Assembly (NCBI RefSeq): GCF_009914755.1 | Contig: NC_060928.1 | Length of the DNA stretch: 64,000 bases | Source of the DNA: the human T2T-CHM13v2.0 reference genome, Homo sapiens | Strand: one strand, 5' to 3' | Shown here: positions 25,285-39,036 of the stretch, piece after piece | How positions within the stretch are numbered: the first letter of the stretch is position 1 | Layout: every line of letters starts with the position of its first letter | Position numbers and translations under genes: made by a program | The notes under the pieces: generated by a model | The model's input: only the letters and a program-made list of their open reading frames with translations | Told to the model about the DNA's origin: nothing | Databases searched by the model: none

Positions 25285-27271
25285 AGAAATCTTTTAATGT
25301 TTATTCAAAGGACAAAATAAAGACTATGAACCAATGAGACACATAGTAAAAAAGTACAATTTTAATATAGTGAATGTAATATATATGTAATTACTCATAA
25401 CAAAATGGTCAAAACCTTTAAAAGATACACAATAGGCATCTAAAAAGCTCAGCAATGCTAAATATATAATATATATTATATATAAATATATAATATATAA
25501 ATACATACGTTTTTACCAAGAAATGTTTTATTTTTCTTGCAGTAGCTTTGTTAATTGCACAAAATTATGTTTTGTTTTTGCCATTTAAATATTATCACAG
25601 AATCCTATTCTGAAAGACAAATGTTCATTAAAAACAAAGCAAAAATAGAAATTCACAACCATTAATTACCTAGGTTTGTCATTTAAAGGTTTAAAGAAAA
25701 AAAGGGAGGAGCTTTCCTACAAGCCTTTTCACAAGTGTCACATTTTCTCTTTAAAAGGGAAGGATTTCCAAACAAAGGTGAAATAGCTTAAACAGAAATA
25801 TTTGTAAAAATAAACTTTACAGCATTATCAAGGATATTAAGACAACACTGACTAACCGGTTTCATTACCGCATCTTCCCCCACCCCCAACCCCAGTGTGT
25901 CCCACCAGGACTAGAACAGGCTTTACATTCAGACAGAAATGCTTCAAAATCCCAGTGAAATGAACTGTGCTAAAAACCCGACAGGCATCTTCCCTGCCCT
26001 CCCCGCTGCCGCTCGTCTTCTGCAATCCTCTAACCCAGGTTCTACTCTGTGAAAGGGGCCAAAGCTGTGAGTGGGGAGGGAACTTGCCCCAGCGTGGCCA
26101 CCTTATATATAATTATATATTCTACCATAAATGCTGGCCTTCTTCAAATTATGATTTTGGAAAATCTAACCCATACAGAGGGATAAAAAATTGACATCCC
26201 TTGGACAACTTCTCCTTGTTTTTTTTTGTTTTGTTTTGTTTTTAACATTCCAAGCTCTCTCTGGTCCCCTATCCAAGGAGAAATGCTAGGGCCTCGAGGA
26301 TGTCGCTATATATTTTTATAACTAAATGATAAATTTATATTCAAATTGTTTGAATACGTTTCCAAAACTTTCAGAGTACAAGTCATTGTTAAGTTTGCCT
26401 TTACTTTAAAAACTAAAAGAATACATTTCTATATAAACTAGCAGTCAGGAATTTGCCTGTTTTCTAGCTTCTTCATCTATCTAAAATATATATTTAGCTA
26501 CCAGAATTATGGTACTCCTAATAAAATACTTAATAAATAGCATATAAAATCAAAGTTTAAAAGTAAATGATGGCAGTTTGCCATACTAAAAAGATAAAGA
26601 ATGTCTAAAATTATAGGAAGATAAGATATTAGCCCTCATAGAACTTAAACTTTTAGAAATTCTGAATAAGGAAATATATTCTACATAGATAAGGTGTGAA
26701 ACACTCAGCTTTCTAAAGTGAAATAATTAAATAGTATCCCACAATCAAGAGTAAGGAAATTCTCTAACATATTCCCCAAGAAACATTAAAATATTTCCTA
26801 TTTCTTATAAAAGTGAAGATAACAGTGTATTTCCATCAACAGAATTCTTATGAAACATCATTTCCACATTAAATCCACAGCCTTCTCAGTTAATATCTTA
26901 AGGAATATTTCTTGGAAATATAATAGTCACCTACAATTCAAGACACTTTGAAAGATTAACAGCCAGTGATTCCTGGCTCACACTATAGTCAATTGCCAAA
27001 ACTTCAATAGCATAGCAGATAAAATAACAGCAAATAGCAGAGGTACTATGCTAAACACTTCATTAGCTGAGCTGAAAGCTTAAGCGGCAAACATAGGTTT
27101 TCCTCACACTCTTCAAAGTGAGGAATCCAGGAAGAAAGCTAACTACTGGAAAAACAAATAAACAAACAACAACAAAATCTTTCCTTCTTGTCTTCCCTGG
27201 GTTCAGAGACCTCCAGAAAACTTCTCTGCTGAAGACTGGGAAACTTTTCCATGCGTGCTCATTTCTCTTAA
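25285..27271 (-). other. CXCL5: CXCL5 long AU-rich 3'UTR
   Basis: Between the stop codon (27272) and distal AATAAA; many ATTTA pentamers on the sense strand. Confidence 0.75.
25300..25305 (-). terminator. CXCL5 distal polyadenylation signal AATAAA
   Basis: TTTATT on + strand. Gives a ~2 kb 3'UTR and ~2.4 kb mRNA, in line with the known long CXCL5 transcript. Confidence 0.7.
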
Positions 27272-28216
27272 TCAGTTTTCCTTGTTTCCACTGTTGAGAA
27301 AAATGTTATATTAGTTTAACCATTTTTCACACTCCTTTCTACTCCACCCTTGTCAAAACTCAGCGTTTATGATGTTTGGTAAAAAAGGAGAATACAAAAA
27401 TCAATAAAAGCAATGGGTAAACAAAAAACATAACTTAGTGACAAGCTGTGTGTAATTGCTCAAGTAATTACATGTAAGATTGGTATATTTTCCCAGGACA
27501 ATCCAGAAAAACTTTCCCAATTCAACAACCTTTTAATTCTAAACATGAAAAGTGTTACTTAAATCGTACAGAGAATAAAGACCTTGTGAAGTCTATGGTC
27601 TCCCTAGATCAGATTTAGAAACCACAAAGATCAAAGTGACAAGTACCCGTCCAAAATTTTCTGGATGACTTTCTTTAGAAAAGGGGCTTCTGGATCAAGA
27701 CAAATTTCCTTCCCGTTCTTCAGGGAGGCTCTGAAGGAAAGAAAAAGAAGATACACTCATGAGATACCAAGGTTGAAGACCCAGGCTGCGGGATTTCTCT
27801 CTTGCCAAGGTCACAGCGGACACAGCAGCACAGAACTTACACCACTTCCACCTTGGAGCACTGTGGGCCTATGGCGAACACTTGCAGATTACTGATCATT
27901 TTGGGATGAACTCCCTGCGTGGTCTGTAAACAAACGCAACGCAGCTCTCTCAACACAGCAGCGGCAGGACCAGCTGGGGAAGAAAGAGAGACACCCTTTA
28001 TAGGGCAGGTTGCTGGGAGAGTTCCCTGGAACGCAGCGACCCCGCAGAGGCTGGGATGCACCTCTGTGCCCGAGTGCGAGTGCGTCCCGCGCGCCATGCG
28101 CTCTCACCGCTGGCGATGGGCCCTGGCTGCGTCAGCAGCAGCAGCAGCACCAACAGCGCGCACAAGGAGCTCGAAGGACCGGGGACACGGGCCGCGCGGC
28201 TGGACAGGAGGCTCAT
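27272..28216 (-). CDS. CXCL5: C-X-C motif chemokine 5 (ENA-78), 114 aa; exons 28216-28108, 27973-27841, 27730-27647, 27290-27272
   Basis: [120 protein letters not shown] motif, GT-AG introns, 109+133+84+19=345 nt. Confidence 0.99.
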
Positions 28217-28337
28217 AGTGGTCAAGAGAGCGCTGCGAGCGGTCGCGGGTTCCTGAACTGGGTGGAGGAGCGGAGATTGGAGGAGCGAAGATTGGAGGAT
28301 CCGGAGCACTGTGGCTTCCTCGTGCCTTCTGCACTCC

Positions 28338-28345
28338 TTTTATCT
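28338..28345 (-). promoter_or_regulatory. CXCL5 TATA-like box (AGATAAAA)
   Basis: About 125 nt upstream of the ATG and 50 nt downstream of the kB site. Confidence 0.7.
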
Positions 28346-28391
28346 ACACTCATCTCTCCCCACTGACAGGAAACTCAAGCTTTGGGATGCT

Positions 28392-28403
28392 GGGGAAATT
28401 CCC
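28392..28403 (-). promoter_or_regulatory. CXCL5 NF-kB site GGGAATTTCCCC
   Basis: Canonical kB motif at the position typical of ELR+ chemokine promoters. Confidence 0.9.
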
Positions 28404-31336
28404 TGAACTCATGGGGCAGTGTGGAAAGAAGAGGTTGGGGGAGGGGGGCCAGACAATGGGAACTGGTCGGGAGGGTGGCCAGGAGGAGCTGCGTGCACCT
28501 CTACCGAGAGGGACGTTGTAACCCTGCTCCGCGGTGGAGGGAGCTGTGGCTCCAGCTAGAAGGGAGTAGCTATTCAGCAGGATTCAGCAGGGCCTCATGG
28601 CCTGGGCCAGAGCGGGCTAGGGATGCCGGCTTTTCTGAGGCACGCAGCCCTCTGGGAGATGCTCCTCCTCTCCTTCTAGAGAGAAAAGGTGGAACCAAAG
28701 TAACAGGAGCCTTGATTTGAGAAAAATTTCTGAAAGTCAATCCTTTCTAATTATTATTACTATTAATCAGGAAATGTTATTCATGTTTGAATTGCTATAA
28801 ACTGAAAGTCCTTCCTGTCTTCCTTGCAGGCAGGTCATTCTAGGTTTCTTGAATGACTTTATGAATCTCTGGACTTCAACCAGCTTTGGAAGCCAAGATA
28901 ACATGATAACAAGAGACCCTTGTCTCTTGCCACTTGAAGTCAGTGGCCTGAAAGGACCACTGAATTTTGTTAACTCCCCTACAGATCACCTACTTTGGTA
29001 AGTCCGCTTACTGAGAATTCTGTACTTGTAGTATATAGCAAGTATACGTGTGTCCAGGTAGTTAAACAAAAATCTTCCAAAATCACCCAGCAAATTGCCA
29101 TGGAAGATATCTTGCTATTGGCAGTTGCTATGCTATTGAATTGGAAGAGGTTTTGGTCTTGTTGGGGGTGAGGTGTAGTATGGTGAGCGCAGGCTAAAGC
29201 TTGCCAGGGATCCCAGGCCTGCCCCAGCTCTGTTCCCAGCCCCAGATATGTATTTGACACCATTTGGAGATGCTGTGGGAGGCTGATGAGTTTGAAGGGC
29301 TCATGTGAAAGCTTCTTGTAGGGGTTTGTATCAATTTGGCAGCACAACAGCACCCAGTCTGTTTTCCCTCAAACAACTTCACGGAGGGAGGAATGCTCCC
29401 CACAGGTTTCTGGAACCATCGAGTTTCATGATTACTGGTGACCAACGCTGTTTCCACAGGCCTACTCTAGTCCCCAGTGAGCCCTGCACTGCTGCCTGAA
29501 ATTGAAGGGTGAAGTAGTTTCCAGCTTCCTCTCCCTCTCTCCTTCTGTTATCTGTGGAGGAGTTAAAGCACTGAAGGTTTAAGGGTTTTCCACTGTCTTG
29601 CTCCATGGCAGGAATGGGTTATTGTATTGGAATGACACATAGGCTTTCTTTCATGGAAATCTAACTAGATCCTCTTCTGGCTGGTTCTGAAGACCCTTGC
29701 CCTCACAGCAGACCAGCAAAGGTAATCAGTAAACATGATGGCAATGAGAAACCAGTCATGAAACACAACTCTTTTCCTTGTCTCCTATGATACTGGGAAT
29801 TTTATTAACTCCCCCATCCATCACCTCCATTGGTGAGCAAGAAAGAGATGTCATAGACCTTAACAACTTTTATTTTGGAAGGAAACTTCAGAAATTCACT
29901 GGCTGAGTAAGGTTTGGTGGTATGGGCCTTACTCTGTGGGAAACTAAATGAGAAGTCTTCACAGCTTCTTGACATCACCAGCATCATACCTGACTCAGAA
30001 AATGTAATTCTTCATCTTTCTGGGGAGTGGTAATCTGTAGAAAACAGCCTGCAGATTTAGTATGTTGACGTTTTAGAGATTAGAGTGTATCGAAAGACAA
30101 AAGTTAAGCCTAGGTGAAGTGATAACACTTCAAAAAATCTTGGGCAATTAAATTCAACGTAACCACAGGGAGTAAACCATAGGATAAGACTTTGTTCTTT
30201 TAAAAGAAGTTTAATTACATAGGTTATTGACTTTTAAACTGTGTGTGTGTGTGTGTGTTTACGTTAGTTCTAAATAAGCTATTTTAAACATAAGTGAACA
30301 CACGAATTTGTTTTTGGCGCCAAATGGTGAAATCTGAGATGGATCATGAGAAAAGATTGCCAGTTCCTCCTGACGGTCTTATAAATGTATATATCTCACC
30401 TGGTTTGCACTCTGAATCAATTCACTGTAGCTTGTTTATGGAATGCAAGAAGAAAAAAAACACTTCTTTAGCTGACAAGCACATGATAGAAAGTCCCCAC
30501 TAGAAATGGGCTGTTGGGTTGCCCAACCTAATCAGGAAGCAATATGTCACTTAAACTGGCTTCCCATGGAAATCACTCTGGCCCACTGCCCATGTCTGGT
30601 TCCTATATAGGCATCTTGGATGTTGGCTTTGTACAAACGTGGATGGTCCAAAAGTCCTCTAAGGTTGAGTATGACAGCACCAAGAACCACTGAAGACACA
30701 GCACTTTAACAGTAGTTGCTTCTTTATCATCAGTTTAAACAAAAGCCATTTGTCTTACCTGCACTGTATCCAGGTGGTAGAGAAAAACTCTGTTATTTTT
30801 GTTCCCAACTAAAATAGAATAATTCATCCAATGGTATCAGCATCCTGACAGCCTGAAGGCTTAACTGTCTGTCTAAAGCAATCCTATTTTAGTCATTATA
30901 CCACAGTATAATGTAATATAAACTAATACAGTATAAATGATTTTTGCCTTCCAAAACACTTAATGTTCATTATTTCTTGAGCCTCACATTGATTCTTGGA
31001 TAAGAGAAATTTTCTCCCCCATTTTGCAGCTAGGCAAAGTAAGTAGAGCATGAGTTAAGTAGTAGAAAATCCAGCACTGGCAGTCAAGCACCAGAGAATC
31101 TGCCCCAGTAATTTTTAATGGTTTCCAGATTACAAACCACTTTCTTCACAATTGCTGGCAAACACCCCCTAGCAGCTCTCCCCAATCTGGCTAACCACTT
31201 TATTGTGTTTCCCAACAACCATATTTTAAGCTATTGATATCCTCAGTCCTTCCACTCTTGCCTTTGAGATTGCAGTAATATCAAGGGTCCTAGAGGCTTC
31301 CAAGGTATTCCACCTGAAACTGTCCTCTGCTTTCTA

Positions 31337-33191
<1,855 letters not shown>

Positions 33192-36100
33192 TCCTCTGCA
33201 TTCTAAATCCCTCACTTTCTTCCAGACAGATTCAAAGTCCTTTCTTCTTTGAAAAGGCTTATTCTGACAAAGTCATTTGTAGGGTATTCCGTCCACCTTT
33301 GCTCTTTGAACATCTAGTATACTTGTAATAACTACCTCATGAGGCAGAGTTTAATTATTCCTTAATTTTGCCTTTGTCTTCCTCAAGTCAACTATAAACT
33401 CCTTAAAATCAGTGATGATGTCCTGCATTTCTCACATAACCTCCCATAATTTCTTAGTGTAGCAGTGAGCAGTCTGTGAATACTTGCTGATTAATAATGA
33501 TAATTTTTTTTTAATTTTACAGTGTTATTTACCTTACAAGTAGATCTTAAAGAGAAAAGGATGGGGCTGTTTACTGTTATTAACTCCTCTATTTTTCTAA
33601 CCTTTACAATTTTGAATTGGCTGCCTCCTATATGGGAAATTATTTCTTGGTTATTCTTAGAGAAAGTTAGAATGATATTAATATTTTCATTCTTTGGAAT
33701 CCAAACTGTTCAGAAGAATGTTCAGAACACAGAAAGACATTTTATATTAAATGAAATAAAATTATACAACTAAAGTATTGACCAAATAACACAGACCAAA
33801 TAGTTTCTGTGACATTGAGATTGTAGGATGTAAATGACAAGGGGAAATTCTGATTATGTTATACTGTGTTGAATGTTAACAGTGTGGGTATGTCATTCTA
33901 AATTGATCTTTTCCAACAAACCATAGAAGCCTTTAACTCTGTGATTTAGTATTTGGCATAGGCCTTTTCAAATGTTTTTTTAAGGTTCTTTTTTTTTAAT
34001 ATCCAATATTCTTTGTATTACCTTTAAGAAATGCTATACAATTGCAATAACTAAGGATGTGAGCACATTGTTATCAGGTTAAGCATATCGAGGTTATCAG
34101 TATAAGGAAGGCAATAAGAGTTTAAGTGGAGGATAGAGTTGCTTGTATGCAAAAGAAAAGAAAAAAGGTAGTAACTCTTGGGTTTATGTTGCAATGTAAA
34201 TGCAGTTTGTCTGTTTCCTTCTAAATTGGTCTGGCAGTCCAATGAAGAAGCAGCATCATCCAGGGAATAACTTTGCTTCAAAGTCATTTCACTTTTTCTA
34301 TAAAATGTCAGGAATATTTTCTTTCCTTTGGCCAGTTATCTAATTTTCCTTGCTGCCCGTTTCAGGTAATATCTGTTGGAGGAGCAAATCAGTGAGCCCT
34401 GATTGGGTCTATACCGAGCTAAACTCCAAATAATCATAGCTGGGCTTTTCTTTCCCACCTTCTGTGTGGATGGGGCAGCTAGTTATCTACTGTATGACTG
34501 TGCAAACCTCAGAAAAGTTTTTGTTGACAGAAAGAGTTGATACATGGAGAAAATAAGATCAGAATGTACGTTTTAAATATTTCTGAAAGCCTTGAGCATC
34601 TCAGAAACAGGAAGTCTTCGTTGCTTTCTTCAGAAATTTGTTCTGGGCTAAGTGAGCAAAGCACTTTTTAATGTCAGATATTTTAAATAACTTGGAGAAG
34701 GCATTTCTATGATACTACAAAAGTCCTTTATGTAAACTAGATTTCTAATACTGTGCTTAATAATGCTCGTTTGAAATATTATTTCTGATCACTATTACCT
34801 TCACAACTTGTATTTGTTTTAGCAGAATATTATCTTTTGCATAACTTCACAATATATTCAATTCTTATTTACTATATAGTAGAACCTCATCATTGCTGTT
34901 TGAATAGTAATAATTGTAATATATTTGTATATGTGTGATTTATGTAGTTCCTAGACAGTCAAAACCATCTGTTTTCCTTCCTTGTCGCTGCTTGGAAAAC
35001 CTTTGAAGAGTTTCTGATGCACATTTAAAAGTATTATCTCAGATGAAAGAGAATTCATTATGTCAGACCTACCTCAAAAGTTTTAAGTTTGTTCTTAAGT
35101 CACTTTCAGAGAAATGAACAATCCAGGAATAAATCTTTTAATTTACTCTACCTATTGTGGTTACTAGAACAAGGCACCTTTTTGATAACGAAACAGGAAT
35201 CCTTTCATTCCTGGAATTTCCTGTTGGGAGTGTAGAGTTTTCTGAGCAATATGTAACGTTGGTTAGTTAAGCAATATGTTGTATTTTACTGCCCGCTTTG
35301 TTTAAAAAGGGTGTGAGAGGCTTTGATCAACAGGAATGTGAAGTCAAAGTTAAGTATGGCATCATCTTACCACCTGTCACATGAATAAACCTGGATTCAT
35401 AAGCAAAAAAAGAAAAAAAAAGAAAAACTAGCAAAGACCTAACATCTGATAAGTATGCAAAACAATGGTCATGAACTTAAAGGACAAACACACAGGCACA
35501 CCACCACCACCACAAGCCTCATCACCACATCACCAAAACAAAGATTTTAAAAAACTGAGAATAGAACATGTCTTATAGTTTATATTTTCCCATCAAATTT
35601 TCATTAAGTCTGATTATGAATTCCCAGTGAATAACTGCTTTCATGCACATTTAAATATTCTTTTTACAAGAATTGGGAATTAGAAAATTGCTCACACTGG
35701 CAAAAAAAGATGTCGCAATGCCAAGCCAAAAGTCACAAAATCCTAGAAATTCTGGCTAATGTTCGACCATGAGTTTCTTACTAGCCACTTGGGATTTTAA
35801 AGCATGACTTCCTCTGGAGGGTAAATTGACCAAATTGCTTTAACAAAATATTTTATTTTGAATCATTTCAGTTTCCAAAGCATTCAGTATTAGTAAATCA
35901 GACTGGGAGTAATTTCATTTGGAACATAATGTCCCTTGGAAAGAGTTCTGTGGTTTTTCTCTAATTTAAATTTGAGGCCAGACTGATGAATGCTATGACC
36001 AGGGATTATGTCATAGAACAGAGAAATACAGTAATGGCTCACATATTAGAAATAGACCACAAGCTAGTATCTGTCACAGTGTTGCTAGGTACTAGATAGT

Positions 36101-36884
36101 TCTTTGTAATAAATGAAAGTTGTGGAAGTTTCATATCGAACTATATCTAGTCAGCTTTCTGCGATGGTTTGAAATTAAAATAATTACTTTAATTGAGGCA
36201 ATACTCAGAAAAAAATGGTTCCTTCAGCCACCCATGAATACTTCTCTTATCCGAATTTAAGTCATTCTTCTGCCACAAACTTTCTGTATGATCTCAAACA
36301 ATTTACTATTTATTTAAATGAAAATACTAATATCAGCTTTCTTCTCCATAAAACTATTCAGAAGAACAAAAAGGATAGCTGTGAAAACTTTTAAAAATAT
36401 TTTTTCTTCTTTTATGTTTTACATTGATGTAAAATTTTCACAGTGAGATGTACATATCTTAAGTGTACAGTTCAATGAGTTTTGAAAATGTAAATAGCTA
36501 ATCAAGAGAACATTTTCATTTTTTTTCAGAAAATCCATGCTTTTTCCATTCATTCTCTTCTCCAGAGGAAATTGCTGTTCTGATTTTTAGTTTTGCCTAC
36601 TCTTGAACTTTTTAAAAACGGAATCATCCAATGTGTACTCTTTTATGCCTGGCTTTTTTTTGCTCAACTTAATGTCTGTGAGATTCACACATGTTATTGT
36701 GAATATTAGTAGTATACTTTGTATTCAATTAAATATTCATTGAATAATTCAAATTAAGCATTCAATTGTAGAAATATATGCAGGTTTATTTATTCATTCA
36801 TCTGTTGTTGGACAGTTGGGTCATTTTCAATAGTTTGACTATTATGAAGTGGCTGTAAACATTATTATATAAGTCTTTTTGCAC

Positions 36885-37390
36885 ATCATAGGAAAAGATT
36901 GCCATAAAATTATTGTCACTCTTCCTATTGAGATGTGGCACCTATGTTTCATACCCGTGAATCTGAACTGGCCCTGTGGCTGGTTTTGATCAATATAATT
37001 TGGCAGAACTGATGCTGTGTAACTTGTGCAAGGATATCTACAGCTTCCACCTTGGTCTTTTGGAATGATTCTTCTTGGAACCCAACCCCTGTGCTTTGAG
37101 AAGCCTGAGCTATGTGTAGAGGCCGTATGGAAGAGAACCAAGGCACTCCAGCTGATGGGCCTCACTGGGCTCCCAGCTGAGAGCCAGCACCAACCTGCAA
37201 CCGTGTAAGCAATCGTCTTGTACTTTCCAACCTAGTCAAATTTCAGATGTCTGCAACTCCAGCCACATGGAGCAAAAGATTCACAGAGATGAGTCCAGTC
37301 CCCTATCAACCCAGATAATCCTGAGACAATAAATAGCTATTGTTTTAACCCACTAAGTTTTGAGATAATTTTTTACACAGAAACAATCAA
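36885..37390 (+). mobile_element. MaLR solo LTR (MLT1F-like)
   Basis: CCTCTTCCTATTGAGATGTGG-like start region; TTGTTTTAACCCACTAAGTTTTGAGATAATTTTTTACACAG end. Confidence 0.75.
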
Positions 37391-37821
37391 ATTATTTATT
37401 TTCACTTCTTCAGGATAAGTATTAGGAATAGAACTGCTGGACCATATAATACGTGTGTATTAATCTTTATAGAAAATTACCAAATTATTACCAGAGGTAG
37501 TTTTACCTTTTCATACTCCCACTAGCAAAGTAAGAGTGCCCTGGTTTCTCCACATCCTCGTCATAACTGTTTTTAAATTTTTAGCTACTGGCAGTTATTC
37601 ATGCTATCCCATTGGGTTTTTAATTTTTATTTCATGATTACTAATAATGTTGAAAACTTTTCCTTGTGTTTAATTATCATTTGTAAATTTTCCTTTGTGA
37701 AATCTATTTACAAATCTTTTGTCTATTTTGTTGTAAATTGAGTTTTTGCCATTTTATATTTGTCGGAGTTAATTGTATATTGTAGATACAAGTTCTTTGA
37801 TTGATAGATAAATGTATTGTG

Positions 37822-37822
<1 letters not shown>

Positions 37823-37853
<31 letters not shown>

Positions 37854-38133
37854 AGACGGAGTCTAGCTCTGTCGCCCAGGCTGGAGTGCAGTGGCGCAGT
37901 CTCGGCTCACTTCAAGCTCCGCCTCCCGGGTTCACACCATTCTCCTGCCTCAGCCTCCTGATTAGCTGGGACTACAGGCCTCCGCCACCACGCCCAGCTA
38001 ATTGTTTGTATTTTTAGTAGAGACAGGGTTTCACCGTGTTAGCCAGGATGGTCTCCATCTCCTGACCTCGTGATCCGCCCGCCTCAGCCGCCCAAAGTGC
38101 TGGGATTACAGGCGTGAGCCACCGCCCCCAGCC
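37823..38133 (-). mobile_element. AluY
   Basis: AluY-type diagnostics (CAAGCTCCGCCTCCCGGGTTCACACCATTCTC, TTAGCCAGGATGGTCTC), many CpGs retained, long T tract, TSD TTGTG(C/A)TTTTTT. Confidence 0.93.
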
Positions 38134-39036
38134 CTTGTGATTTTTTAGTCTATAGCTTGACTTTTTATTTTCTTAAGAATGTCTTTGAGGAGGAGAAAGT
38201 TTGAATTCTGATAAAGTCAAACTTACCAATTTTTAAATGATTAATCCTATTTTATGTTTGTCCTCTCTGAGAAATTATTGTCTACCTCCATGGTTGAAAG
38301 ATATTCTTTTGTAAGTTTTCAAAAGTTTTTGTTTACCTTTTATATTCATATATATAAGCCATATTGAATTAATTTTTATAAATGATCCAAAATAGTAATT
38401 GAGATACATTGTTTCACTTTTTAATATAACTGTCAAATTATTATAACAAGATTTTTGAAAACTTTTCTCATTAAATTTACTCAGAACCATTACCAGAATT
38501 CAATGATGGCATACATGTGCATCTATTTCTAGACTTTATTTGATTTCATGGTCTATGTGTCTCTTCTTACACCAAATGTCCTTATAAATCTAGCTTTATA
38601 GTAAGCCTTGAAATCAGATAGTGCATCAGCTAAAGGCTGTAGCATTGGTCAATTTGAATGCTTCCTTTCTATCTTTAGCTTTTAAAATGGCTTCCTTCCT
38701 TTAGCATCATATCATATTGAATGGAGCATCTGGGATCTCCATTTTGAAGCATATGTCTGTAGGCAGCCATAGCCCCTCCAACAAATCTTAAAGAAAAAAG
38801 CAAGCATCAAAGCCAAGCCAATCACAGCATTATAGCATTATTACAGGCATTGCAAGTATAACAGGTTAGCATATATGTGCTTGTAGAAATGAAGTGTTAC
38901 CATTCTTGTAGTTTAAAATGGTCAGGGAGAACTCCAGTTAGTTTCTATTTAGTACCACCAAGTACATGTTCGGCATTTCTTTTTATAATTACTATTGTCC
39001 CCATAAGACTATACTTTTTATTTTGAGGAAATTGTA

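Larger units (their letters stand above)
27930..28650. promoter_or_regulatory. CpG-rich island over the CXCL5 promoter, exon 1 and intron 1
   Basis: High GC and dense CpG compared with the AT-rich flanks. Confidence 0.7.
36400..38630 (-). mobile_element. Old L1M (L1ME/MD-like) 3' region interrupted by a MaLR LTR and an AluY
   Basis: CTTAAGTGTACAGTTCAATGAGTTTTGA, GGAATCATCCAATGTGTACTCTTT and TTCTCCACATCCTCG antisense L1M motifs. Confidence 0.75.

Noticed and set aside
27272-28216. Could be CXCL6
   Set aside because: [21 protein letters not shown] and the GGNKEN end are CXCL5-specific.
27919-28720. Several overlapping + strand ORFs antisense to CXCL5
   Set aside because: Expected in GC-rich, stop-poor sequence; no recognisable protein.
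28979-29606. Overlapping - strand ORFs suggesting a processed pseudogene upstream of CXCL5
   Set aside because: The translations resemble no family I recognise; no poly(A) or TSD seen.
29990-30034. 45-nt exon-like segment on the - strand (ttttctacag|...CAG|gtatga)
   Set aside because: Such splice-site pairs arise often by chance; no chemokine similarity or supporting flanking exons.
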